From Desulfobacterales bacterium (lineage in GTDB: Bacteria; Desulfobacterota; Desulfobacteria; Desulfobacterales; UBA5852): DNA of 42,641 nt. Below the pieces are notes generated by a model that ran no database searches, was not told where the DNA came from, and saw only the letters and a program-made list of their open reading frames with translations. The stretch spans positions 1 through 42,641 of the forward strand of contig JASJCV010000005.1 of the NCBI GenBank assembly GCA_030065275.1. The letters run 5' to 3'. Within the stretch, counting starts at the first letter, position 1, and the number at the start of each line of letters is the position of its first letter. Positions 28,848 to 37,779 of the stretch are shown here, piece after piece. A program made the position numbers and the translations under genes.

Positions 28848-30910
28848 TGTTGAACCCGTTCCCCCAGCGCATCGATATGCCATCTTCCGACGAGACACCG
28901 ACGGGTGCGGACGACCATGCCCGTCTGAAGGCCGTTGCCCAACCGCATGACGAGGAGGAATCGCCCCCCCAATCGATGAACGATGTCCCGCTGTACAACA
29001 GCCGGATCATCGACAATTACATCAAGCTGATCAAATTCAAATACCCCTGGATCAATGCCACCGGGATTTTAAATTATGCCGGTATGACCAGCTACGAGGT
29101 GGCCGATCAGGGGCACTGGTTCACCCAGCGCCAAATCAACCGCTTCCACGAAAAACTTGCCGCATGCACCCAGAATGTGAACATTTCCCGTGAGGCCGGC
29201 CGCTATTCGGCCTCGCCCGACGCCATCGGCGTGATGCGGCAATACGGCCTGGGCATGATCGGCCCGGACAAATGCTTTGAGCACATGGGCACCTTCGCTT
29301 CGAAATTCACCAAGTCATCGGCGTTTCATTCGAAGCGGCTCAGTCCCAACAAGTATGAAATCGCCGTCCACCCGCGGCCGGGTGTGCGCGAAAAACAGTT
29401 TCAGTGCGAAAACCGCATCGGTTTTTTGGAATCCGTCACGCTGGCCTTTTCGAATAAACTTCCTCATATCGAGCACCCCGAATGTATCTTCCGGGGCGAT
29501 GCGGCCTGCCGTTACCTCATCAGTTGGGAATCGTCTTTTTCACTCGTCTGGAAGCGAATTCGCGCCTACATGCCGGTGTTATTCGTTTTAAGCTGTATTC
29601 TTCTGCACATGGGCGCCCCGCAGATTCGGCTGACCACCCTACTGTTGTCGAGCGCCGTTCTGTTTTTGCTGCTGACGCTGATCGGGGAATCGATGGAGAA
29701 GAACGAGCTGCGCAAGAGCGTCGATAACCTGAAGGATTCCACCGACAAGCTCGTCGACCAGATCGCGCTCAACTACAACAACTCGTTAATGATCAACGAA
29801 GTCGGCCAGCTGATTGCCGGCAAGACCAAAGTGGATGACGTCCTCGACAAGGTGGTCAAGATCTCCCAGCGACGGTTGAATTTCGACCGGGGCATCATTC
29901 TGCTGGCCAACAAGGCGAAAACCCGGCTGGAATACCGGGCCGCCTACGGGTACAGCCAGGAGATGCGGAATATGGTGCGCACGGCTTCCTTTCATTTGGA
30001 CAAGCCGGGTTCCAGGGGATTTTTTGTCGTTTCCTTCCGTGAGCAAAAGCCCTACCTCATCAACGATTTCAACGAAATCGAAAGGGAGTTATCTCCGCGC
30101 AGCTTGGATTTCGCGCGCAAGATGGGCGCCAAGGCTTTTATCTGCAGCCCGATCGTGTGCGAGGGGGAGGCGCTGGGCGTCTTTGCCGTCGATAACATCC
30201 ACTCCCGGCGACCGCTGGTTCAGAGCGATCTCAGCCTTCTCATCGGCGTGGCCTCGATCATCGGGATCGCCATCCGCAATACCAAACTGATCGAGTCCAA
30301 AGAGCGCCAGTTCAGCTCCATTCTCGAAGTCCTGGCCGCCAGCATCGACGCGCGAGACCCTCTGACATCCGGCCATTCGGCCAAAGTCACGGAATACGCG
30401 GTGGGCATCTGCAAGGAATTGAAAATGGACAGCCAGTACTGCGAGATGATCCGCGTTGCCGCGTTGCTCCACGATTACGGCAAAATCGGCGTTCCGGATT
30501 CGATTCTGAACAAGGCCGGCCGCTTAACCGGCAAGGAATACGAGACCGTCAAGACCCATGCGGCCAGCACCCGGGCCATTCTCGAACGCGTCAATTTCGA
30601 AGGTGTCTATAAGGAGGTCCCGATCATCGCCGGGGCCCACCACGAGCGTTACGACGGCAGAGGATACCCGGAAGGACTGGCGGGCGAGGAAATCCCTATG
30701 GGCGCCCGGATCATTGCGGTGGCCGATTTTTTTGAAGCCGTGACGGCCAAGCGGCACTACCACCAGCCCATGGCGCCGGAGCAGGCCTTCGCGCTAATGC
30801 AGGCCAAAATCAATACCCACTTTGATCCGCGCGTGGTGGAGGCCTTCATGCGCTACCACAAGGTCAACCCCGACCTGGTCCTGATGAAGACGCCCGCAGC
30901 GCTTGCATAG
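28844..30910 (+). CDS. Membrane-anchored HD-GYP cyclic di-nucleotide phosphodiesterase with V4R-like N-terminal sensor and GAF domain
   Basis: RDPLTSGHS, LLHDYGKIG, HHERYDGRGYP.GL.GEEIP..ARIIAVAD; GAF (FDRGIILL...FICSPIV..GEALGVFAVDN); two hydrophobic helices; Cys motif C..(x)n.EHPEC...G...C; exact start uncertain. Confidence 0.88.
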   Translation: MMLNPFPQRIDMPSSDETPTGADDHARLKAVAQPHDEEESPPQSMNDVPLYNSRIIDNYIKLIKFKYPWINATGILNYAGMTSYEVADQGHWFTQRQINRFHEKLAACTQNVNISREAGRYSASPDAIGVMRQYGLGMIGPDKCFEHMGTFASKFTKSSAFHSKRLSPNKYEIAVHPRPGVREKQFQCENRIGFLESVTLAFSNKLPHIEHPECIFRGDAACRYLISWESSFSLVWKRIRAYMPVLFVLSCILLHMGAPQIRLTTLLLSSAVLFLLLTLIGESMEKNELRKSVDNLKDSTDKLVDQIALNYNNSLMINEVGQLIAGKTKVDDVLDKVVKISQRRLNFDRGIILLANKAKTRLEYRAAYGYSQEMRNMVRTASFHLDKPGSRGFFVVSFREQKPYLINDFNEIERELSPRSLDFARKMGAKAFICSPIVCEGEALGVFAVDNIHSRRPLVQSDLSLLIGVASIIGIAIRNTKLIESKERQFSSILEVLAASIDARDPLTSGHSAKVTEYAVGICKELKMDSQYCEMIRVAALLHDYGKIGVPDSILNKAGRLTGKEYETVKTHAASTRAILERVNFEGVYKEVPIIAGAHHERYDGRGYPEGLAGEEIPMGARIIAVADFFEAVTAKRHYHQPMAPEQAFALMQAKINTHFDPRVVEAFMRYHKVNPDLVLMKTPAALA

Positions 30911-30921
30911 CATCATGAGGG

Positions 30922-30946
30922 CGAGCGCTTGAGCGGCTCGTTTGTT
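30922..30946 (+). terminator. Weak terminator-like hairpin after the HD-GYP gene
   Basis: CGAGC...GCTCG stem followed by TTTGTTT. Confidence 0.35.
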
Positions 30947-31036
30947 TCCCCCTTTGAAACATTTATGCCAGGTTGAACCCGAAATCAGTGGCCGCGTGTT
31001 GTTGTGCACGCTTTGCCACTACCGGTCGAGCGTTGT

Positions 31037-32197
31037 TCAACACGGTGATTTCAAATCCAGGCAGGCAGAAGCGTGCCTGATAAAGGCGGGTTGCGGCGTC
31101 GTGGTATGCCGATCGTCCAGGGGGGCACAGGCGGCTTCCAAAGAGGCCGTCGCCGCCGCACCGTTCGGTGCTTCCAGGATCCTGGAGAACAGGAACTGCG
31201 ATCCGCCACCGTAGCAGTCGAAGTTGGGGATGCCCCGCGCCAAGAACCTACCGGCCGCGCCGAGCAATTCGGACTCGCCCACATGGGTGCCCACGTGGCA
31301 TAAGACGCCAGCCTGCGCGGCCATCTGCGCGATGGCCCGTGAGCGCAGCAGTCCGCCGCATTTGGAAATCTTGATATTGAAGATATCACAAGCCTCCTGC
31401 GCCAGGAATACTTCGGCATCCGCCAGGCTGACCAGGGATTCGTCCACGATTACGGCCAACCCGCTATCCCGTCGGAACTGACGGAGGCCCTCGATATCAC
31501 CGGCCGGTAGGGGCTGTTCGATGGCGGCCGGCCGAAACGGCCGCACCCGATCGACTTCTTTCAGAACCTGCGTCCGCGTCAGCTTGCCGTTGACCTCCAG
31601 CCGAATCTCGCCCGCCTCCCCTGCCAGACGACGCACTTGCTCCATGCGCCCGTAATTGGCCTCCGAATCGGTTCCCAAGAGCACTTTGAAAACCGGCTTG
31701 TCGAAACGCGCCTGCAGGATCGGTAAGTACTTTTCGACAATCGCGCGGTCGACAAGGGGCACGGATATCGAAAAGCGAAGTGCCTGGCGATATTTCTCGG
31801 GAAATAGTTGCCGGGCCTCCGAATGACCGCCACGCCCGAGCACATCGATGAGGGCCAGATCGGCCGCCCCCAGGGCAGAATGATAGGCTCGCGGCTCGTT
31901 CTGCCGGCAGGCGGTTTCAAGTTGCGCTAGCAGTGTTTCGACATCTTCCAGGGTGTCAAAGGGGTTGGCAAACAAAATCGGGGCGAAGGCATGCTGCCAC
32001 AATGCAAGCACCGATGCGACGCTCTCCCCGGTGACATAGGCCCGCGGCGCACTTTCCCCCCACCCCCAGCCGTTCGGACCGCAGTCGAGACGCACGATCA
32101 CGGAATCCGCCCGAAGCCGGTTGGCCTGGGGAGAATGAAAAGGGATTTTGAAGGCTTCGTTGTAGTGGTAGCACTGGATTCGCTGGACGATCATCAT
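31037..32197 (-). CDS. Enolase superfamily (MLE/dipeptide epimerase-like) protein
   Basis: GWGESAPRAYVTGES, DLALID, IEQP, VDES, NIKISKCGG. Confidence 0.85.
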   Translation of the reverse strand: MMIVQRIQCYHYNEAFKIPFHSPQANRLRADSVIVRLDCGPNGWGWGESAPRAYVTGESVASVLALWQHAFAPILFANPFDTLEDVETLLAQLETACRQNEPRAYHSALGAADLALIDVLGRGGHSEARQLFPEKYRQALRFSISVPLVDRAIVEKYLPILQARFDKPVFKVLLGTDSEANYGRMEQVRRLAGEAGEIRLEVNGKLTRTQVLKEVDRVRPFRPAAIEQPLPAGDIEGLRQFRRDSGLAVIVDESLVSLADAEVFLAQEACDIFNIKISKCGGLLRSRAIAQMAAQAGVLCHVGTHVGESELLGAAGRFLARGIPNFDCYGGGSQFLFSRILEAPNGAAATASLEAACAPLDDRHTTTPQPAFIRHASACLDLKSPC

Positions 32198-32243
32198 CAG
32201 ACCTGTAGCAAACGCCGCCGGCTTGGCCGTTAGCGGCTGTCGG

Positions 32244-32684
32244 TTAATCTCCCCCTGGGCTGGATTTGGCCGCCAGGGCGGCCCGCTCAGCAGCCAGTTC
32301 CTTCAACAGGGCCCTCAAGGTCCAGGTCTCCGACGTCGGCGTCAGCGTTGCCCACAACGGCCAAGGCAATCCCGCGGACCGGTAGCGTTCCATGAGCGTG
32401 TGGAGTTCGGCCTCGGAAATGCCCGCCATAATGATGGCGGCCGGCATGCGGCTGGGTTGGTCGCACCCGGTGCCGCTCTCACGCGCGAAAAGCTCGCGCA
32501 GCTCGGTTTCGAGGTCTTCCGTGGTCGCGAATACCACGGACAGCGGCGTGATTTCGGCCGCTTCGATCCGCTCGAGGATGGCGGTCTGGCCTTCCGGGGT
32601 GAAACCGCAAACGAGCAGGGCCCGCGGACCGTAAAGACGATTGGCGCTGCGCGCCACGCGGCTGAATGTATCGGTATCGTTCAT
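32244..32684 (-). CDS. DUF3783-like protein
   Basis: AIIMAGISEAELH.LM..YR..GLP.PLWATLTPTSETWTL..LLKELAAE; AGGAG SD. Confidence 0.7.
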   Translation of the reverse strand: MNDTDTFSRVARSANRLYGPRALLVCGFTPEGQTAILERIEAAEITPLSVVFATTEDLETELRELFARESGTGCDQPSRMPAAIIMAGISEAELHTLMERYRSAGLPWPLWATLTPTSETWTLRALLKELAAERAALAAKSSPGGD

Positions 32685-32854
32685 CGTGCTCCTAACATCG
32701 AAAATGGAGGGCCGTTGCCCGGGGCGTTGACCGCCGAAGATTTTTTATGCCACAAAGGGGTGGTTTTCACAACGATCGTCTGCCCCGGTCCGGGACCGCT
32801 GCCGGCAGGACGCGCGGACCCCGCCAGCACCGGGCGTTGAAGGGATGGGTGAAC

Positions 32855-33130
32855 ATGGAAGAGAAGGTCATTCGGCTTGAGAAAGAGGTCGTCGTCGACC
32901 AGGAGGCGCTGGGCCGACTGCTGATGCTGGTGCCGGCCCGACACCGGAAGGACGCGCGGCTGATCCGGTTCCTGGCTTTCCGGCTTAAAATCGACGGGTT
33001 TGAAAAGTCCAGCGCCTTTGTCTCGCGCAAACTCATGGAAGCCGAACGCTGCACGTTTCGCGGCCTGCTGTACGACTTTTTGAAAGATAACGAGGAGAGC
33101 AACGCCTGCAAGGATCAGCCGCCGTCGTAA
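32855..33130 (+). CDS. Hypothetical protein (~91 aa)
   Basis: Fills the gap between flanking minus-strand genes, with a plausible helical protein sequence; no recognised family. Confidence 0.55.
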   Translation: MEEKVIRLEKEVVVDQEALGRLLMLVPARHRKDARLIRFLAFRLKIDGFEKSSAFVSRKLMEAERCTFRGLLYDFLKDNEESNACKDQPPS

Positions 33131-33193
33131 GAATTGTCGCGGGGTTCCGCCGCCAGGGTTGTTTGCCGTTGCGCTTGGGGGGGCGATGGCAGT

Positions 33194-33775
33194 TCAGGTG
33201 AAAACGGTATCGGGGGGCAGCACCATGGGTGCCGCCACCTCCCGGGCCTTGTCTTCGCCGCAAAGCAACGCCACCAGCCGAAGGGCAAATTCCAGGGCCG
33301 TTCCCGGACCGCGACTGGTCACGCAACGCCCATCCACCACTACGCGCTCATCAATGCGGGTTTGGTCTCCGAGCCGATCGACGAAGGCGGGATGCGCGGT
33401 GGCCCGGCACCCCTCAAGGAGCGTATGCGCGGCAAGCACCACGGCCGGCGCCGCACAAATCGCACCCAACCAGCCGCCGGCCTCCCGCTGCTCCTTGAGG
33501 ATTTCCACCAGCACGTCGGAGTCCCGCAGGCGCTCCGCTCCCGGAATGCCGCCGGGCAGTACCACCATATCGAAAGCCTCACCCCGGCATTGATCGATCA
33601 GGCAGTCGGCCACGAGCTTCACCCCACGCGAGGCCGTGACCTGCAGCGCCCCGACCGAAGCCACCGTCACCGTCACGCCCGCGCGGCGCAAAACATCGAT
33701 GATGCACACGGCTTCGATCTCCTCCGTGCCGTCGGCGATAGGGACGAGCACGCGAGGTGGGGTGGCGTTGGGCAT
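33194..33775 (-). CDS. DJ-1/YajL/PfpI family protein (glyoxalase III/deglycase)
   Basis: VLVPIADGTEEIEAV..IDVLRRAG, LPGG.PGA, GAICAAP, TSRGPGTA; ATG 33775 with GGAGGT SD. Confidence 0.92.
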   Translation of the reverse strand: MPNATPPRVLVPIADGTEEIEAVCIIDVLRRAGVTVTVASVGALQVTASRGVKLVADCLIDQCRGEAFDMVVLPGGIPGAERLRDSDVLVEILKEQREAGGWLGAICAAPAVVLAAHTLLEGCRATAHPAFVDRLGDQTRIDERVVVDGRCVTSRGPGTALEFALRLVALLCGEDKAREVAAPMVLPPDTVFT

Positions 33776-33795
33776 GGTTGGCACCTCCGTGTAAG

Positions 33796-34470
33796 TCAAC
33801 TTGCCGGCTGATATGGATCCAGATCCTGGGTGTAGGCCGTGAGCACCTTGAAGCCCTGCTTTTCAAGGCAGACGGCCGCCTTGTCGCCGTCGACCGCCGG
33901 CACCCGAACCACCAGATAGTACACGCCGGGGTGTGTCTTTTCAGGCCAGGTGAAAAGGCTGCGGATGTTGATGCCCTCGGCCCGCAGGCTCTGGGAAATA
34001 TCCGAAATCACCCCGATGCGGTCCTTGACCAGGATGGTCAGGCGCGAACTGTCGGTCTCGAGACCCACGGCTTCGAGTAGCACCCGCATGACGTCCCGCG
34101 AGGTGATGATCCCCACCAGTTCATCGCCCTCGAGCACCGGCAAGGCGTTGATCCGGTGCTGATTCATTAGCAGCGCTGCCCGCTCGATGGTGGTGGCCGG
34201 GGTGATCGTCAGGGTCTTCTTGGTCATAATGTCCGCCACCGTCACCTGATCCAGCAGGTAATTCAGCTCGTTTTTGCTAAGCGTTGTGGCCGAGGACGCC
34301 CAGCTTTTTTTCAAATCGCGGTCCGAAACGATACCCAGAAGTTCGTTATCGCGGTCCACGATCAAAAGATGGTTGATCTTTTGTTGCTCCAGGGTTTCCT
34401 GGGCGGCGACGAGACTCGTCTCCGGTGCAACCGTGGTCAGATCCGTCCGCATCACAGTCCCGACATACAT
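33796..34470 (-). CDS. CBS-pair + ACT domain protein (AcuB-like)
   Basis: LLGIVSDRDL, LPVLEGDELVGIITSRDV, followed by ACT (DRIGVISDIS..L...GINIRS). Confidence 0.88.
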   Translation of the reverse strand: MYVGTVMRTDLTTVAPETSLVAAQETLEQQKINHLLIVDRDNELLGIVSDRDLKKSWASSATTLSKNELNYLLDQVTVADIMTKKTLTITPATTIERAALLMNQHRINALPVLEGDELVGIITSRDVMRVLLEAVGLETDSSRLTILVKDRIGVISDISQSLRAEGINIRSLFTWPEKTHPGVYYLVVRVPAVDGDKAAVCLEKQGFKVLTAYTQDLDPYQPAS

Positions 34471-34549
34471 TGCGCCTCCTTCGGATATAAGATGACCGGG
34501 GAAAGATGAGGGTGCTGCGCGCTGCCGACCGGGCGACGCCTGAACGAAC

Positions 34550-35779
34550 TTAGGCTATCCCCTCGGGGGTGTCAACTTCGGGGCCGGGGAGCCAGAACGT
34601 CGCGGTCGATGCCAGCGTGGTGGTCAGCCCGATCAACACAAAAGCCCTTCCGAACAGACCGGCGTCGCCCATCCATCCGAGAAATAAAGGGATGATGCCG
34701 CCGCCGATCAGAAAAGCCATCGGAATTGTAACGGCGATCGTGATATTCTGACGGCGGCGGGTGCTGATTCGCGAAAGCAAACTGAACCCCGCGGGGAAAA
34801 AACAAACAGCCAGGACGGGCTGGCAGAAGACGGCCGCCACTAGGCTGGGGCCGCGCAAAACCCCGAGAGCCATGATCAGCACGCCGGACAGCAGAAACAC
34901 CACCCGGATCGTGCTGCGGGGACCGAATCGGTCGGCCGCCCAACCCCCGAACCCGGCCGCCGCCAGAGACCCCACACGCGAAAAGGCCAACAGACCGTTG
35001 GCCCATTGACGTTCCATCCCGTGATCGCCCACCAGAAAAAGGGGCAGCATCGAGTAAAGGCCCAGGGTGCCCGAAATGCCGATGCCAAACGAGAGCATCA
35101 TCAGCCAAGCAGCCGGTTTGGCGGCAATTTCCGCCATCACGCGGCGGTCCGGGATCTCACCGCAGTAGTCGGCACCCCGTCCGCGCCACTGGAAAAATCC
35201 GGCCAAAGCGAGCGCAGCGCCGCCCAATACCATCAGGCCCATTCGCCAGTCCACAACACCCAGAGCGGCTTCCACCATCAGGGGCGCCAGCAAAAAAGCC
35301 GCGTTGGGGGCCAGTTCGTGGATGGCCAGGGCCTTACCCCAATGGCGGGCGGCGACACGGTCGGTGATCGAGGCGATACCCGAGGGCAGATAGATGCCGG
35401 CCGCAAACCCCAAAGCCAGAAGACCGCCATAAATCCCGATCAGATTCGACGCCCGGGCGATGACCGTCAGGGCCAGTCCCACGCCGGCACACGAGAGGAC
35501 AATCACCCGGCGGTGGGGCATGCGTCCGGCCAGGTGCCCCGAACCCAGCAGGGCCAGAAAATAGCCGCAGGACAGAACCAGAAAAAAACGTCCGGCCCCG
35601 CTGAGGTCCAGCTTAAGGTCCCCGCGAATAACCGGCAGAAGGGGGGCCATGATGATCCGCGCGACGAAGTTCACGAAAAATATGGCGGTCAGCAGGAGGA
35701 TGGGCGCCAGCGCCGACCGAAAGTCACCGGGCTTTTCGTGTTCCTGCAGCCCATGACAGGGCTTGGCTTGCTTTGGCAT
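34550..35779 (-). CDS. MFS transporter
   Basis: About 12 hydrophobic helices; GWAADRFGPR motif A. Confidence 0.88.
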   Translation of the reverse strand: MPKQAKPCHGLQEHEKPGDFRSALAPILLLTAIFFVNFVARIIMAPLLPVIRGDLKLDLSGAGRFFLVLSCGYFLALLGSGHLAGRMPHRRVIVLSCAGVGLALTVIARASNLIGIYGGLLALGFAAGIYLPSGIASITDRVAARHWGKALAIHELAPNAAFLLAPLMVEAALGVVDWRMGLMVLGGAALALAGFFQWRGRGADYCGEIPDRRVMAEIAAKPAAWLMMLSFGIGISGTLGLYSMLPLFLVGDHGMERQWANGLLAFSRVGSLAAAGFGGWAADRFGPRSTIRVVFLLSGVLIMALGVLRGPSLVAAVFCQPVLAVCFFPAGFSLLSRISTRRRQNITIAVTIPMAFLIGGGIIPLFLGWMGDAGLFGRAFVLIGLTTTLASTATFWLPGPEVDTPEGIA

Positions 35780-35821
35780 GCCTGTTTATCGCTTTCTGGC
35801 GACGTTGGTGGCCGGATCGGT

Positions 35822-36868
35822 TCACCCCCCCCGCTCACAGAATCCGGACGCCCCCCAGATGGACCGGGCCAGACGCAGCTGACCCTGGACGTTGTTCAAC
35901 CGCACGTCCTGCGCGTTTTCGATCTGGGACACCTCGCCCGGCAGCAGCGGACCGATATAATCGGCCAAATCCCGTGAGCCGCCGCCGGTAAGCAGCAGGC
36001 TGTCGGTGTCCCAGGCGGTGGTTAGCCGGTATCCGATATTGTCGGCCAGCTGTTCCGCCAGTCGGCTGAAGGCTTCCCGGCGCACCCGTTCGATCGTGTA
36101 GCGTTGCCTATCGATGTGGACCGTACCCAGGCGCACCGCCTGATAGAGTTGATCGAGATCGAGCCTTCGGCCGGTTTCCGCCTCCAGCTTGCGGGCAATT
36201 TGACCAAACCCGCGGCTGATGCCCAGATCGATGGTGCCGCTGTCGCGGTTGCTGAAGCGCATGCGGTCCATGGTGATCACGTTGGTCGTTCGAAAGCCGA
36301 TATCGACCACGACTGTTTTCTGATCCTTGAATCTATCCGCGCGCATCCGACCGTCCGCATTCATGATCAGTCCGCTGAAGGTGCCCATGGGATGGGGAAC
36401 CGTATGGATTTTGCGGATATGAACGTTTTTGGGGGTCCGGCTGCCGTCCGGACGCACCCAGGCCATTTTATGGTAGCCGATCAGGCGCGCCTCGAAGGCG
36501 TCCCTCAAGCGCTGGTAATGGCTGACAGGGAGCCCGATCACCACGTGCAGCGGCTCTTCCATCTCGATGTAGGCGGCCAGGACCGCCAGCACCAGTCGCC
36601 GGCCATAATCACCGAAGAGCCGCTCGGGCTGCCGGGGCACCTGCGGTGAAAACCAGTCGCACGCGGCGCGATGGCCCAGAAAGTAGGCCGCATCTTCGAA
36701 TGCCAGGTGCAGCCCGTCTTCGGGTAGGGTATACGCCTCTTGGTAGGCCTCTTGCGGACGGTCGTTCTCCGCCAGGAGGGAGGGAATGATGACCGCCCGC
36801 TGACCGTCGAATCCTTTGGTGAACCCGAAACCAAGATCCACGCCGACAAGTTTGATGCGGCTTTTCAC
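35822..36868 (-). CDS. ParM/StbA-like actin-fold ATPase
   Basis: Phosphate-1 VGVDLGFGFTK, VIGLP, phosphate-2 VVDIGFRTT, adenosine LLTGGGS, C-terminal NVQG. Confidence 0.85.
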   Translation of the reverse strand: MKSRIKLVGVDLGFGFTKGFDGQRAVIIPSLLAENDRPQEAYQEAYTLPEDGLHLAFEDAAYFLGHRAACDWFSPQVPRQPERLFGDYGRRLVLAVLAAYIEMEEPLHVVIGLPVSHYQRLRDAFEARLIGYHKMAWVRPDGSRTPKNVHIRKIHTVPHPMGTFSGLIMNADGRMRADRFKDQKTVVVDIGFRTTNVITMDRMRFSNRDSGTIDLGISRGFGQIARKLEAETGRRLDLDQLYQAVRLGTVHIDRQRYTIERVRREAFSRLAEQLADNIGYRLTTAWDTDSLLLTGGGSRDLADYIGPLLPGEVSQIENAQDVRLNNVQGQLRLARSIWGASGFCERGG

Positions 36869-37029
36869 GCGCGATCATCCTTAATCCCAGGCAAGGCGGA
36901 GCCGTTGGGAGGCCGCTGGCCGCGCCGGCCTGGGGAAATGCGCTGTCGCCGGGATTCAGGTGCATGGACGCTTCGCCGCCAATGGCGGTTAACCCCGGCG
37001 GCACGTGGTGCAAGCGAGGCCAACGGCAA

Positions 37030-37683
37030 TCAGAATCCCAGGTCTTCGTTGATCAAAACGACCCGTACCCGCCCTTTGGGAAAACTTTTCTCGGTGATCG
37101 TCCATGTATTGCAGATGCGCTGGGGACTCGTGCAGTCATGACAAACGCCGGTCGCGGCACAGGGGGTTTTCATGCCCAGACGCATGCTGTTGACCGGGGC
37201 GGCATAAGCCTTGATGCGCTCCCAGGCGGCTTCCAGATCCGCCACCACCTTGTTGCGTCCGGCCAGCACCACGACATTGCGGGGACCAAAGGTCAGCGCG
37301 GCGATCCGGTTGCCGATCATGTCCAGGTTGATCAGGTGGCCGCTGGTGGTGATGGCGTTGGTGCCGGTGATGAACAGGTCCGTCAAAAGCGCTTGCCGGC
37401 GCCGTTCCAGCTTCTCGTCGTTGGTCAGCGTCGGATCCAAGGTATCCAGCACCGTGATGCCCGCCTGGTTTTTGAGCCGGTCGTAAAGGCCGGTTTGCAC
37501 GAAGGTTTTGGACCCGCCCCAGGAAAGGGTTTGGGGGGCAATCTGGAGCAGCAGGGCATCCGACACCAGGGCCGCGGCCGCTTGCCGGTCGGCCGTAATG
37601 TGGACCTCGAAATGATTCCTTTCGAGGGTTTCCTTGACGGCTTCCAGACGAAGATTCCAAAACGGCGTGATCGAATCCGGCAT
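37030..37683 (-). CDS. LUD-domain (lactate utilization LutC-like) protein
   Basis: SWGGSKT, DLFITGTNAIT..G.LINLDMIGNRIAA..FGP, AGRNK, CHDCTSPQRICN; ATG 37683 with SD. Confidence 0.85.
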   Translation of the reverse strand: MPDSITPFWNLRLEAVKETLERNHFEVHITADRQAAAALVSDALLLQIAPQTLSWGGSKTFVQTGLYDRLKNQAGITVLDTLDPTLTNDEKLERRRQALLTDLFITGTNAITTSGHLINLDMIGNRIAALTFGPRNVVVLAGRNKVVADLEAAWERIKAYAAPVNSMRLGMKTPCAATGVCHDCTSPQRICNTWTITEKSFPKGRVRVVLINEDLGF

Positions 37684-37779
37684 GGCCTGCTCCCGTGTGT
37701 GGTTGTCGACACCGACTTGCACCCCCGCGTTCTATGAAGTATCTAACCGGTGCGGTCAACCGCAAAATAGGAGGACGAT

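Noticed and set aside
32755-32773. TTCACAA as a Rex site
   Set aside because: Only one half-site is present
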